From Nannocystales bacterium (GTDB lineage Bacteria; Myxococcota_A; Polyangia; Nannocystales; Nannocystaceae), in NCBI GenBank assembly GCA_050633305.1, contig JBOEGF010000024.1, forward strand, positions 373,702 to 437,701: a stretch of 64,000 bases of DNA. The letters are read 5' to 3'. The translations under genes were made by a program, and so were the position numbers. Of the stretch, positions 17,969-27,141 are shown one piece after another (positions within the stretch are counted from its first letter, which is position 1; every line of letters begins with the position of its first letter). The notes beneath the pieces were generated by a model. The model was not told where the DNA came from, searched no databases, and saw nothing but the letters and a program-made list of their open reading frames with translations.

Positions 17969-18148
17969 GGAATCCGCGCGAACGTACGTTCGGCCTCGTG
18001 GGGTGTCAACGCGCGTGCCGCGGACATCACACTGCTGCTGTTTCCGCCCTCCAGGGCGATCTGCGCCGGGTTGGGAATCCCTGACGCGTCCTTGCGCGTC
18101 CTTGGGCGAACGTTCGCGGCTGGGGTACGCTCCGGCTCCTCTTCGCCT

Positions 18149-19534
18149 GTGTCCGACTCGACGCAACAGACCCGCGCTCTCGGGGCGCTGCCCGCCATGG
18201 CGTTGGTGGCAGGATCGATGCTCGGCATCGGGATCTTCATCGCGCCACCGGTGGTGGCTGCCCAGATGGATCGCCCTGGCGCCTTCTTGGTCATGTGGAT
18301 GGTCGGGGGCATGTCGGCGTTGTGCGGGGCCCTCTCAGTGGCCGAGCTCGGCAGCATGATGCCGACCGCAGGCGGCGACTATCCTTATTTGAAGCGCGCG
18401 TACGGGCCCGGTTGGGCCTATGCGGCCGGTTGGCTGCAACTGCTGGCCATTTTTCCAGGGTCGCTGGCGGCCATGGCTGTGGCCACGGCAGCGTTTCAGT
18501 TCCCGATCGTCTTTGGCGATGCCTACGACGTCCCCGCGATGCTGGGCCTGCCGATTGACCCGACCATGTTCTGGGCGATCGGGATCGTCGTCACGCTCAC
18601 GACGCTCAACCACGTGGGCGTGGTGCTGTCCGGTCGTTTTCAGGTCGCGCTGACGGGGGTGCCGATCGCGATCCTGGTCGTGGTCAGTGTCGCGGTGTTG
18701 CTCTTCTCCGAGCACGAGGGCGCATGGTCGGCCGCCAGCCCCCAGACGTTTGAGCTTCCTGGCATCTCGGCCATCGCGCTCGCGTTTTTGCCGGTCTACT
18801 TCGCCTACTCCGGCTGGAACGCGGCCATCTTTGTCGGCGGTGAGATCCGCAACCCCGGGCGCAACCTCCCGCGGGCGCTGGTGGGCGGAACGCTTGGCGT
18901 CACCGTCTTGTACTTCATGCTCTGCGTCGGGTTCCTGACTGTGTTCTCGATGGACGACCTGGCGAACACCGGCGAGGCCGGCACCGCTGCTGCCAGCTCC
19001 TTGTTCGGCGGGTTTGGAGTCTTGGTCGTGACCACCTTGATCCTGCTCGCGATGCTCGGGTCGATCAACGGCACGGTGATCACCGGCTCCCGGATCGCGT
19101 ACGCCATGGCCAAGGACGGACAATGCGTGCGTCAGGCAGGCCACCTCGGCCGCTTCGGCACCCCGGCGGTCGCGCTGTGGATGCAGGCGGGCTTGGCCAT
19201 CTTGCTGATCCTCAGTCAGGGCTTCGAGCAGCTCGTCAACTACACGTCGGCTGCGATGCTGATCACCGGGACCATGACGGTCATGGCGGTCTTCGTCCTC
19301 CGCCGAAAATTGCCCGACATGCACCGCCCCTACCGTACCTGGGGCTACCCTGTCACCCCGCTGCTCTACGCGGGTTCGAGCGTGTTCGTGCTCGTGATGC
19401 TGGCCAAGGATCTCGATCCTTCGGTGTTCCTCGGCATGGTCTGGTTCGGCGCGGCGTGGGCATTTCACCGCTGGGTCATCGCCCCCCGGACCGCCAGCCC
19501 CGACGTTCCGGCTGGCGCGCCAGAGAACGCCTGA
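18149..19534 (+). CDS. APC-family amino-acid permease
   Basis: GSMLGIGIF, AELGSMMP.AGGDY, FAYSGWN, GGEIRNPGRNLPRA, RPYRTWGYP; about 12 TM helices; start uncertain (GTG 18149). Confidence 0.92.
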   Translation: MSDSTQQTRALGALPAMALVAGSMLGIGIFIAPPVVAAQMDRPGAFLVMWMVGGMSALCGALSVAELGSMMPTAGGDYPYLKRAYGPGWAYAAGWLQLLAIFPGSLAAMAVATAAFQFPIVFGDAYDVPAMLGLPIDPTMFWAIGIVVTLTTLNHVGVVLSGRFQVALTGVPIAILVVVSVAVLLFSEHEGAWSAASPQTFELPGISAIALAFLPVYFAYSGWNAAIFVGGEIRNPGRNLPRALVGGTLGVTVLYFMLCVGFLTVFSMDDLANTGEAGTAAASSLFGGFGVLVVTTLILLAMLGSINGTVITGSRIAYAMAKDGQCVRQAGHLGRFGTPAVALWMQAGLAILLILSQGFEQLVNYTSAAMLITGTMTVMAVFVLRRKLPDMHRPYRTWGYPVTPLLYAGSSVFVLVMLAKDLDPSVFLGMVWFGAAWAFHRWVIAPRTASPDVPAGAPENA

Positions 19535-19582
19535 CAACCACAACTTGCCAGCGCGGCTGTTGGGGCGCGAGGATGGTTGTGG

Positions 19583-20731
19583 ATGCGTGGCTTGATCATT
19601 GGACTGGGACTTCTTGGGGGCGGACTGCTGAGCACGGCATTGGCGTGTGACTCGGACACCGGGCAGAGCTGCACCGTCGGCTCGCTCGACTGCGCCTGCA
19701 CAGCCGGAGGGGGCTGCGATCCGGGCCTCTCCTGCGCCGGGGACGTCTGCATCGTCGTCGACAACGGCACCTCCGGGCAGCCGCCGAGCGGCAGTTCGAG
19801 CGCCTCCGACCCCAGCGCCGGCGTGACGACCACACCCACCAGCGCCGGGTCTTCTACGTCGCCGGACAGCGCCGACACCAGTGGAGGTGGCCTCATCCTC
19901 GACGTCGGCAACGGTGAGACCGGGGTTGGGCCGACCTCCGGGTGTCAGGCCATCGACATTCTGTTCGCCCTCGACTCGTCCGGTTCGATGATCGAGGAGC
20001 GGGCGGCGTTGGCTGCGACCAACGCGTTCAGCCAGATCCTGTTGACCCTCGAAGGCCTCAACGGCGGCGGCATCGACTACCGCGTCGGACTGACGACGGC
20101 CAATGACCATGGGTTCTTGACTCCACTGGGGTGGCTGGAGCCCGAGCCTTGGTTTGACTCGACAGTGACCGAGCTGGATCTGATGTCGCTCGCGTTCAAC
20201 GGCGCGGCGGGGCAGATCGGCGGGCTCGGGGATCCCGCTGCTGGGTGTGAGCACGTGCTGACCTCCGCAGTGAACCTCCTGGTCGCGGATACCACGGAGT
20301 TCGTTCGTGATGACGCGCTGCTCGTGTTGGTGCTCGTCACCGACGTGGACGACTTTGGTGCGTATGACCAACTCGGCGGTAACTCTTGCGGGCTGGGCTG
20401 CACCACGCCTCCGAGCGACCTTGGAGCGCTGAGGACGTTGCTCGTCGACACCGTCAAGGCGGGTCAAGAGGATGGCGTCGCGGTGATCACGGTCGCAGGC
20501 GACCCGACTTCGAACGATGGTCTGAACTTCTGTGAGCAGCCCGGGAGTTGTGGCTGTGCCGGGCTGGATTGCGCCGTGTTTCATGCGACGCGGCTGTACG
20601 AGTTCTCCGACATGTTGGGCGACCAAGGGATCACCGCGGACCTTTGCGGGGCGAACATCCCCATGGTCGTGGAGACGGTGCTGACCGACAGCATCGACCA
20701 GATCTGCCAGGACTTCGAACCCGAGGGGTGA
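19583..20731 (+). CDS. Myxobacterial vWA-like Cys-rich lipoprotein
   Basis: Lipobox ALAC, small Cys module, S/T linker, DILFALDSSGSM (MIDAS-like), FVRDDALLVLVLVTDVDD. Confidence 0.85.
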   Translation: MRGLIIGLGLLGGGLLSTALACDSDTGQSCTVGSLDCACTAGGGCDPGLSCAGDVCIVVDNGTSGQPPSGSSSASDPSAGVTTTPTSAGSSTSPDSADTSGGGLILDVGNGETGVGPTSGCQAIDILFALDSSGSMIEERAALAATNAFSQILLTLEGLNGGGIDYRVGLTTANDHGFLTPLGWLEPEPWFDSTVTELDLMSLAFNGAAGQIGGLGDPAAGCEHVLTSAVNLLVADTTEFVRDDALLVLVLVTDVDDFGAYDQLGGNSCGLGCTTPPSDLGALRTLLVDTVKAGQEDGVAVITVAGDPTSNDGLNFCEQPGSCGCAGLDCAVFHATRLYEFSDMLGDQGITADLCGANIPMVVETVLTDSIDQICQDFEPEG

Positions 20732-21240
20732 GCGACTTCGTCGCGGTCTGGGACGCCGCAGAGGATGCGCCACCAAGTCGAGTACGCCCGCGCCGTCGGC
20801 GCCCCGATGGCGACCACGCCTTCGTTAACCGTGGACCACCCAGGTGTCACCGACCCGCGAAGAACTGCTCCAGAATGGCGGCGGCCGGACCTTCGCGTCG
20901 GGCAGGGACTGGGTCTGCCCATCCTCTGCATACGTGCCGAGCCCCAGGTTCCGGCCCGTGGATCCAGAGCTCCCAGAGCCCTTGGGGTCCATCGAGGCCG
21001 CTCGGACGCAGGACGATGTCTCCGCCAACCGCAACCGCACCGGGTCGGTTGCCGAAGATCCTCTGCAAGCGAAGCGGCGCGCCGCCACAGATGTCGACGA
21101 CGTGGTGCTGCCTTTCGCCGCCCGATCGTGAGCGCGCTGGCGCAGTGGCAGACCACGGCAGCGTTCACTCGCGGGGGACGCGTGCGGACAAAACACCGCG
21201 ACCCCTGCAACGCGAGCCGCCACGATCCGTCTCGTTCGTC

Positions 21241-22671
21241 GTGCAGCTCCCTCTGCGTCCGCGCCCCGCCTTTCTGCTTGGAATGCTCATCGTCGCGGTC
21301 ACGGCGTGTGGTGACGATGCGGTGGATGGGGCCGACACCGACGATGTGGCGTCGACCAGCGCCGCCGCCCCCGGGTCCACCGCTCCATCTGGAGTTACGA
21401 GCGAAGGAACCCAAGGCGAGGATACGTCCGGAGGCTCGGGCTCCGACACCAGCGTAGACCCAACGTCGGGCCCGGACAGCGACTCCGACTCTGGTTCTGA
21501 GACCGATGACAGCTCGGACCGACCGCCTTGCGTCGGCACCCACTTTGGCGACGCCCTCGAGTGGATGGTGCCTTATCCCGCCGATGTCGCGGCCAACGGC
21601 TACCACGCTGTGCTCGACATGAACGACGACGGCTTCCCGGACTTCGTTCAGACCGATCAGGAAGCCGGCAGCGGCTCGGCCCAACTGGGCGAGACGCACT
21701 GGGTCGTGTACTTCGGGTCCGGGTCCGGGTTCTCCGATAGCCCCCAAGATTGGGCACTCCCGTACCCCGCGGACGTGCTCGCCAACGGCTACCACGCCAT
21801 CCTCGACATCGATGGCGACGGGCTGCCCGACTTCGTCCAGACCGATCAAGAAAACGGCAACGGGCCCGACACCCTCGGCATGACTCGTTGGGACGTCTAC
21901 CTCGGCGACGGCGTGGGCTTCGCAGACTCTCCCACGGCCTGGGCTATCCCATACCCCGCCGATGTCCTGTCCAACGGATATCACGCCGTGCTCGACATGA
22001 ACGCCGACGGCATCCCCGACTTCGTCCAGACCGATCAAGAAAGCGGAAACGGGGCCAACGAGCTCGGCATTTCCCGGTGGGACGTCTACCTGGGCGGCGC
22101 CTCAGGGTTTGCCGAAGTTGCCGCTGCATGGGCGATCCCGTACCCCGCGGACGTGCTCGCCAACGGCTACCACGCTGTGCTCGACCTCGACGGCGACAGT
22201 TTTGCCGACTTCGTCCAGACCGACCAGGAGAATGGCAATGGCGCCGACGAACTGGGCATGTCGCGATGGGGTCTGCACACCGGGAACGGAGCAGGGTTTG
22301 CCAACGCTGCGCACGGCTGGGCGATCCCATACGCCGCGGACGTGCTAGCCAACGGCCACCACAGCGTTCTGGACATGGACGGACAAGGACCGCCGGACTT
22401 CATCCAGACCGACCAAGAGGGGGGCGTGGGCCCGAATGCGGGGATGGACGCCTGGGTCTTGTACAGCAACGACGGCAGCGGATTCGCCGACGCGTCGCCG
22501 TGGCCGATTCCATATCCTGCGGATGTCTTCGCCAATGGGTATCACGTGGTCATGGACCTGACCGGCGACGGCCTACCCGACTTCGTCCAGACCGACGACG
22601 AAGCGGGCAACGGCACACCCGACATCGGCACCTCGCACTGGCGCGTATTCCCGGGCGCCTGCGACGAGTAG
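21241..22671 (+). CDS. Lipoprotein with six FG-GAP/VCBS-like repeats (probable beta-propeller)
   Basis: Lipobox VTAC, S/T/D linker, six repeats of about 63 aa (WxxPYPADVxxNGYHxxLDxxxDGxPDFVQTD); start uncertain. Confidence 0.85.
   Translation: MQLPLRPRPAFLLGMLIVAVTACGDDAVDGADTDDVASTSAAAPGSTAPSGVTSEGTQGEDTSGGSGSDTSVDPTSGPDSDSDSGSETDDSSDRPPCVGTHFGDALEWMVPYPADVAANGYHAVLDMNDDGFPDFVQTDQEAGSGSAQLGETHWVVYFGSGSGFSDSPQDWALPYPADVLANGYHAILDIDGDGLPDFVQTDQENGNGPDTLGMTRWDVYLGDGVGFADSPTAWAIPYPADVLSNGYHAVLDMNADGIPDFVQTDQESGNGANELGISRWDVYLGGASGFAEVAAAWAIPYPADVLANGYHAVLDLDGDSFADFVQTDQENGNGADELGMSRWGLHTGNGAGFANAAHGWAIPYAADVLANGHHSVLDMDGQGPPDFIQTDQEGGVGPNAGMDAWVLYSNDGSGFADASPWPIPYPADVFANGYHVVMDLTGDGLPDFVQTDDEAGNGTPDIGTSHWRVFPGACDE
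21562..22668 (+). repeat. Coding tandem repeat, 6 units with a 189-bp period
   Basis: Units start at 21562, 21751, 21940, 22129, 22318 and 22501. Confidence 0.9.
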
Positions 22672-22716
22672 AGGGCAGGAAGCTGGCATGGAGGACCGCG
22701 GGAAGCTCCTCGCCGC

Positions 22717-22736
22717 GGGAGGGAGGGAGGGAGGGA
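22717..22736 (+). repeat. (GGGA)5 tract with a G-quadruplex-forming pattern
   Basis: Five G3 runs separated by single A in intergenic DNA. Confidence 0.75.
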
Positions 22737-22877
22737 GTTCCGCGGGTGTGCGCCCAAGGGGCGAAGTCGAGGCTCGCCAGAGCGACCTCATCGGATTCTT
22801 CGCGACTTCGATGTTCGGCCCGCGTGGCAGGGGCAGACAGGCGAAAAAATGCGAGAGCAGATGGGCATCAATCAAGG

Positions 22878-23084
22878 TTGGGTACATCCGTGGCTGCGGG
22901 TGTGTGGCTGAGTCTCGTTCTCACCTCGGCTGTGAACGGATGTGGAACTGCTGGGACCGACGGAGGCCCGTGTACGCAGGGGGAGACTCAGCCGTGCGTG
23001 TGCGCAGACGGCGAGCTCGACCGCCCCATGACCCGACGCATCGCAGGGGGTTGGAGGAGCAGCACTCCGACGACCAAAGCGTGA
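22878..23084 (+). pseudogene. Truncated lipoprotein gene remnant
   Basis: Hydrophobic signal plus VNGC lipobox plus the start of a Cys module (CTQGETQPCVCADG), followed by unrelated sequence and an early stop. Confidence 0.45.
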
Positions 23085-23249
23085 GGGACAGCCGCCCCGC
23101 GAAGTCTGTCTTCGCATGGTCGGCCAGGAGCGTCCGCCACGAGGTTCTTGGTCCTCGCGTACCCCGCCGGGCAGCCCGGCGGTCGTTCCTCGTAACCGAA
23201 TGCTCGCTCGAGACTAACCCCTCTCGTACATGCTTTCGGAAGCGAATCG

Positions 23250-23615
23250 ATGACGAAACACCTGACCCAGATCCTTGAAGCAGTTGCACTTTCTGCTGGC
23301 CTTGCCCTGACCCCAGCGTGTGACAATGACGACGATGGCGACACCGGCGCAGGCTCCGACTCGGAGACAGCCGGTTCAACCTCCTCGGCTGGATGCCCTG
23401 GGGCGACGTCGAGTTCTGGATGCCCCAGTGGCACCACGACCTCGGGCTGTCCGGGTGCGACCTCGAGCACCGCCGGATGCCCAGGTGCGACGTCGAGCAC
23501 CGCCGGATGCCCAGGTGCGACGTCGAGCACCGCCGGATGCCCGGGGGCGACGTCGAGCACCGCCGGATGCCCAGGTGCCACGGGTTCGTCGTCTGGCAGC
23601 TCTTCGAGTGGCTGA
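23250..23615 (+). CDS. Small lipoprotein with seven GCP(G/S)-Ser/Thr repeats
   Basis: MTKHLTQILEAVALSAGLALTPAC signal/lipobox, acidic linker, seven GCP units. Confidence 0.75.
   Translation: MTKHLTQILEAVALSAGLALTPACDNDDDGDTGAGSDSETAGSTSSAGCPGATSSSGCPSGTTTSGCPGATSSTAGCPGATSSTAGCPGATSSTAGCPGATSSTAGCPGATGSSSGSSSSG
23391..23582 (+). repeat. Coding tandem repeat (27-bp units, then 30-bp units)
   Basis: GCP codons start at 23391, 23418, 23445, 23475, 23505, 23535 and 23565; near-identical unit GGATGCCCAGGTGCGACGTCGAGCACCGCC. Confidence 0.92.
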
Positions 23616-23890
23616 GCCGTAGGGCCTCCGGACGCCCCGGGTCGCCTGGGAGAGCCCCCGGTCTCGGCGGATGAGGTGCTTCTCAGGGGCGCGAAGAATG
23701 TCTCGAGCCGTACTGGTTCGGCGTTGAACTCAGGCTCGAGCCATCTTCGCTTCCGGTTGGACCCTTTGGCCTCCGGTTTTCTCGCAAGCTCGGCGGCCAC
23801 CGGGAGGGGTCAGCTTCAAGGAGCCTTCGTAGACACTTCTTCACACGATCCGACGTAGGACGCTCACAAACGCCGGCTACCGTCTCCGCC

Positions 23891-24334
23891 GTGAGACGAC
23901 TTCTCCCGCCTCAGTTGCTCGTGTTGTCGCTGATGACAATGCTTGCGTTGCATTGGCTCGCGCCTGTTGTCGAGTTCGTTCCATGGCCGTGGCGAGCCGG
24001 CGGCGCGCTGCTCATCGCGGGAGGCTTGGGGATGGCGGTCCGGGCAAAGCGGGTATTCCAGGGACTCGGTGCCAACGTGCCGACGTTCAACGACCCCACC
24101 CATCTCGTGGAGGTGGGGCTCTTCGCTCATTCGCGAAACCCGATGTATCTCGGCTTCGCGGTCGCGCTGTTGGGCGCCGCGACCCTGTTGGGTTCCGCGA
24201 GCGCGTTCGCGGTCATGCTCACGAACACTGTCGTCACCGACGTTTGGTACATCCGCTACGAGGAACAGGCGATGAGAGCCTCTTTCGGCGAGGCGTACGC
24301 CGACTACTGTCGACGGGTCCGCCGGTGGCTCTGA
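23891..24334 (+). CDS. Isoprenylcysteine carboxyl methyltransferase/PEMT-family membrane protein
   Basis: GLFAHSRNPMYLG, EEQAMRASFGEAYADYCRRVRRW. Confidence 0.9.
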   Translation: MRRLLPPQLLVLSLMTMLALHWLAPVVEFVPWPWRAGGALLIAGGLGMAVRAKRVFQGLGANVPTFNDPTHLVEVGLFAHSRNPMYLGFAVALLGAATLLGSASAFAVMLTNTVVTDVWYIRYEEQAMRASFGEAYADYCRRVRRWL

Positions 24335-24459
24335 GCTGTCGATGGCTCTTCCCTGGACGCCTCGAAGGCACCGCGCTCCCCTGGGGGGGAGGCCGCAACT
24401 CGGCGTGGGCGCGTGACCTCGGGAGCGCCGGCGCCTTTCCTTGCTAAGGTGGAACGGCG

Positions 24460-25443
24460 ATGCCGCCAACGATCGAAGAGTCCGAGCGCGAGCTCGAGCG
24501 GTTCTCTCGGGGTGTTGGGAGCTCGGTCGCAGTCGAGGCCCTCAGTGCCTCCGAACGGAGAGCCCGGTGGGGCGACTCGGGCCGCAGCGGCAGTGTCACC
24601 TCTTCGGTGCTGCGCTCAGGTGTTGCCCTCAGCCTGTCGACGGTCCGCTGGGAACGGTCTTGGTCGGTCTCGATCGACCAGCGTCCGGCCGCGCTGAAGT
24701 TCGTCCTCCTTCGAGGGCGAGGTCCACGGCTCACGACGTCGGACGGTGCTGACCTCTCGCTGGACGGAGGCATGCTCCACCTCGGGAGTATCAACCGACC
24801 GGTCCGCATGACGTTCGCGTTCGAAGCATCGCCGGTGCCTGCGACCCACGAAGAACTCTCGGCGGAGATCGAGCCCAAGCGCCTCTGCGAGCTCTTGGGA
24901 TCGTCGGTCCTGCCGGATCCGGTCGAAGCGCTGCTTGGCAGCGAGCGTGCGTACCCATTTGTTTCGGTTCCGATGGGGCCAGCGTTGTTGCGAACGTTCG
25001 ATGACCTGATCGCCAGCGGTACCCGCGGTGCGACCCGAATGCTGCACCAGGAGGCAGTGGGGCTCGAGCTTGTCGCGGCGGCGCTTGATCGAATCGAGGA
25101 GAGCGCGCGCGTCGCGTCTCACTTGTCCCCGCATCATCAGGAGTGCCTGGAGAACGCCCGAACGCGATTGCTGGCGCAGATGGAAGACCCGCCGTCACTG
25201 GCCGAACTCGCTCGCGCTGTTGGACTGAACGAGTTCAAACTCAAGGCTGGGTTTCGGGCTCTGTTTGGCCAGCCTGTGTTCGCCTACCTGCGGGACCAAC
25301 GCATGCAAAAGGCCCGGGAGTTGCTCAGCGGCCGTCGTCATTCGGTGGCCGAGGTGGCCTTGATGGTTGGCTACCGCAACCCGAGCAAGTTTGCGGCGGC
25401 ATTCCGAAAGCGGTTCGGCATCCGTCCCTCCGCGCTCAACTGA
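24460..25443 (+). CDS. AraC-family regulator (PchR/YbtA-like)
   Basis: PPSLAELARAVGLNEFKLKAGFRALFG, VAEVALMVGYRNPSKFAAAFRKRFGIRP. Confidence 0.93.
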   Translation: MPPTIEESERELERFSRGVGSSVAVEALSASERRARWGDSGRSGSVTSSVLRSGVALSLSTVRWERSWSVSIDQRPAALKFVLLRGRGPRLTTSDGADLSLDGGMLHLGSINRPVRMTFAFEASPVPATHEELSAEIEPKRLCELLGSSVLPDPVEALLGSERAYPFVSVPMGPALLRTFDDLIASGTRGATRMLHQEAVGLELVAAALDRIEESARVASHLSPHHQECLENARTRLLAQMEDPPSLAELARAVGLNEFKLKAGFRALFGQPVFAYLRDQRMQKARELLSGRRHSVAEVALMVGYRNPSKFAAAFRKRFGIRPSALN

Positions 25444-25465
25444 CCGTTCGGCCCCGCGGGCGAAA

Positions 25466-25502
25466 TGCTCCGGTTCGGAGCCAATGTGCTCCCGCGTGGA
25501 GC
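25466..25502 (+). promoter_or_regulatory. Putative tandem AraC-family binding sites (21-bp period)
   Basis: TGCTCCGGTTCGGAGC (25466-25481) and TGCTCCCGCGTGGAGC (25487-25502) between the AraC gene and the next gene. Confidence 0.55.
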
Positions 25503-25545
25503 GGCGCGTCGCTGCGCGCTGTCGCTACGCTGCATGCCGGACGAC

Positions 25546-26544
25546 ATGAGAGCCGTTGTGTTTCACAAGTATGGGCCGCCGGAGGTCCTCGCGGTCGAGG
25601 AGGTCGCGAAGCCCACTCCGAAGGCCGATGAGATCCTCATCAGGGTGCACGCTTCAACGGTGTCGGCGGAGGACCCGAAGATGAGGAGCTTCAACCACCC
25701 GCCGATGCTGTGGATCCCGATCGCGGTGTTGTTCGGGTATCCGCGTCCACGGACGCAGGTGCTTGGAATGGAGCTGTCGGGAACGGTCGAGGCCGTGGGG
25801 CGCGCGGTCACACGCTTCCAGGTCGGTGACGCGGTCTTCGGGTACACGGGGGTCGGCCTGAGGGCGCATGCCGAGTATCGCTGCCTCCCGGAGAACAGCG
25901 TCCTGACCCGGAAGCCAGACTCGGTGAGCTTCACGGATGCCGCGGCGGTTCCGAACAGCGCGCTGACTGCCCTGGTCTATCTCCGCAACATGGGGAAACT
26001 GGTACGAGGCGAGCGCGTCCTCATCTACGGTGCCTCGGGCGCCGTGGGCTCGGCGGCGGTGCAGATCGCGAAGTCTCTCGGCGCTGACGTCACCGGCGTG
26101 TGCAGCACCCGGAACGTGCAACTCGTGCGTTCCCTGGGAGCCGATCATGTTGTCGACTATACGTGTGAGCGGTTCACGGATGGCGGACGGGTGTACGACG
26201 TCGTATTCGACACGATCGGGAAAACCAGCTTCGGAGACGTACGGTCAGTGCTCGACGATGAGGGCCGATATCTCGTCACCGTGTTTGGGGTTCTCGACCT
26301 CCTGAGGATGCTGTGGACACGGCTTCGTGGCGGCCCCCGGGTCCTCGGCGGAGCCTCCAACCTCTACTGGAAGCGCGACGACCTCGAGCTCCTCGTGGAC
26401 CTGATGGCTGAAGGCTCGTTCCGGGCGGTGGTCGACCGCTGCTACCCGATGACCGCAGCGATCGAGGCCCACCGGTACGTCGAGACGGGGCGGAAGCGGG
26501 GCAACGTGGTGCTTCAGATCAGGCCTGAGGACGCCGGCGGCTGA
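25546..26544 (+). CDS. NAD(P)-dependent MDR-family oxidoreductase (quinone reductase-like)
   Basis: YGPPEVL, LGMELSGTVEAVG, GASGAVGSAAVQIAK, AHRYVETGRKRGNVV; alternative start at 25534. Confidence 0.92.
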   Translation: MRAVVFHKYGPPEVLAVEEVAKPTPKADEILIRVHASTVSAEDPKMRSFNHPPMLWIPIAVLFGYPRPRTQVLGMELSGTVEAVGRAVTRFQVGDAVFGYTGVGLRAHAEYRCLPENSVLTRKPDSVSFTDAAAVPNSALTALVYLRNMGKLVRGERVLIYGASGAVGSAAVQIAKSLGADVTGVCSTRNVQLVRSLGADHVVDYTCERFTDGGRVYDVVFDTIGKTSFGDVRSVLDDEGRYLVTVFGVLDLLRMLWTRLRGGPRVLGGASNLYWKRDDLELLVDLMAEGSFRAVVDRCYPMTAAIEAHRYVETGRKRGNVVLQIRPEDAGG

Positions 26545-26576
26545 GGGGCGTCTGCGCCATCACGGGCCGGGCCCGC

Positions 26577-27095
26577 TCAGTAGGGCCGCTTCGGAACTTC
26601 TTCGTCGACGCGGGCGCGGAACCGGCCCACGGCATCGATCGCGTCCGCGGCCGCATAGTCGAGGGAGAGATGCTGCGTGAGCTCGGGGACGAGCCAGGCC
26701 ATCGTCGTGGGGACCGCGTCGAACACTTTGTGCTGGTACGGCTGCCTGGCGAGCATGGTCAGGCCTGAAACGATGCTTCGCACCGCGGCCGCGCGGAAGC
26801 CGGTGCCCTCGAAGGCCACACCGGACCCACGGATGTAGTCCGCGGTTCCAAGGAAGTTGGCGATCGCTGCGCGCGCGTCGTTCTCGGGGGCAGGGGCGTT
26901 CGCCTCGATGATCGTCAGGAGCCCGATCCCCTCGGACCGGCTCCTTCCAAACTCGGCGCAGTGCTTCTGCAGCTCGTCCGCACCCTCCATCGTGGTGCGC
27001 ACCCGCCAGCAGCAGATGAACAGGTCCCGCCAGTAGCCGAGCGCGAAGTCGGGGGTCGCCTGCACGCACGCTGGCTCTGTCACGAAACCGTGCAT
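26577..27095 (-). CDS. Hypothetical protein, STAS/SEC14-like alpha/beta domain
   Basis: Myxobacterial-type pattern (GLLTII...P...AR...EGTGFRAAAVRSIV...KVF...AWL); start uncertain (27095 or 27113). Confidence 0.65.
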   Translation of the reverse strand: MHGFVTEPACVQATPDFALGYWRDLFICCWRVRTTMEGADELQKHCAEFGRSRSEGIGLLTIIEANAPAPENDARAAIANFLGTADYIRGSGVAFEGTGFRAAAVRSIVSGLTMLARQPYQHKVFDAVPTTMAWLVPELTQHLSLDYAAADAIDAVGRFRARVDEEVPKRPY

Positions 27096-27141
27096 CAGCC
27101 GGAACCGTATCACTAGCTAGAGGCCACGGTACACTGTTCAC

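Noticed and set aside
20548..21240. N-terminal extension of the 707-aa ORF and small ORFs in this gap
   Set aside because: Arg/Pro-rich and not protein-like; the signal peptide and lipobox start near 21241. A decayed gene here cannot be excluded.
21562..22668. 189-bp periodic repeat as a CRISPR array or mobile element
   Set aside because: Variation is mostly codon-wise, and the repeats encode protein units.
22688..23278. 196-aa ORF upstream of the GCP peptide as a modifying enzyme
   Set aside because: No enzyme motifs, atypical composition, and it spans the GGGA tract and the lipoprotein stub.
23391..23582. 30-bp tandem repeat as a CRISPR array
   Set aside because: Units are head-to-tail with no unique spacers, stay in frame within a CDS, and no cas genes are present.
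23613..23680. Selenocysteine read-through at the GCP peptide TGA
   Set aside because: The TGA does not fall at a Cys position of the repeat and no convincing SECIS was identified.
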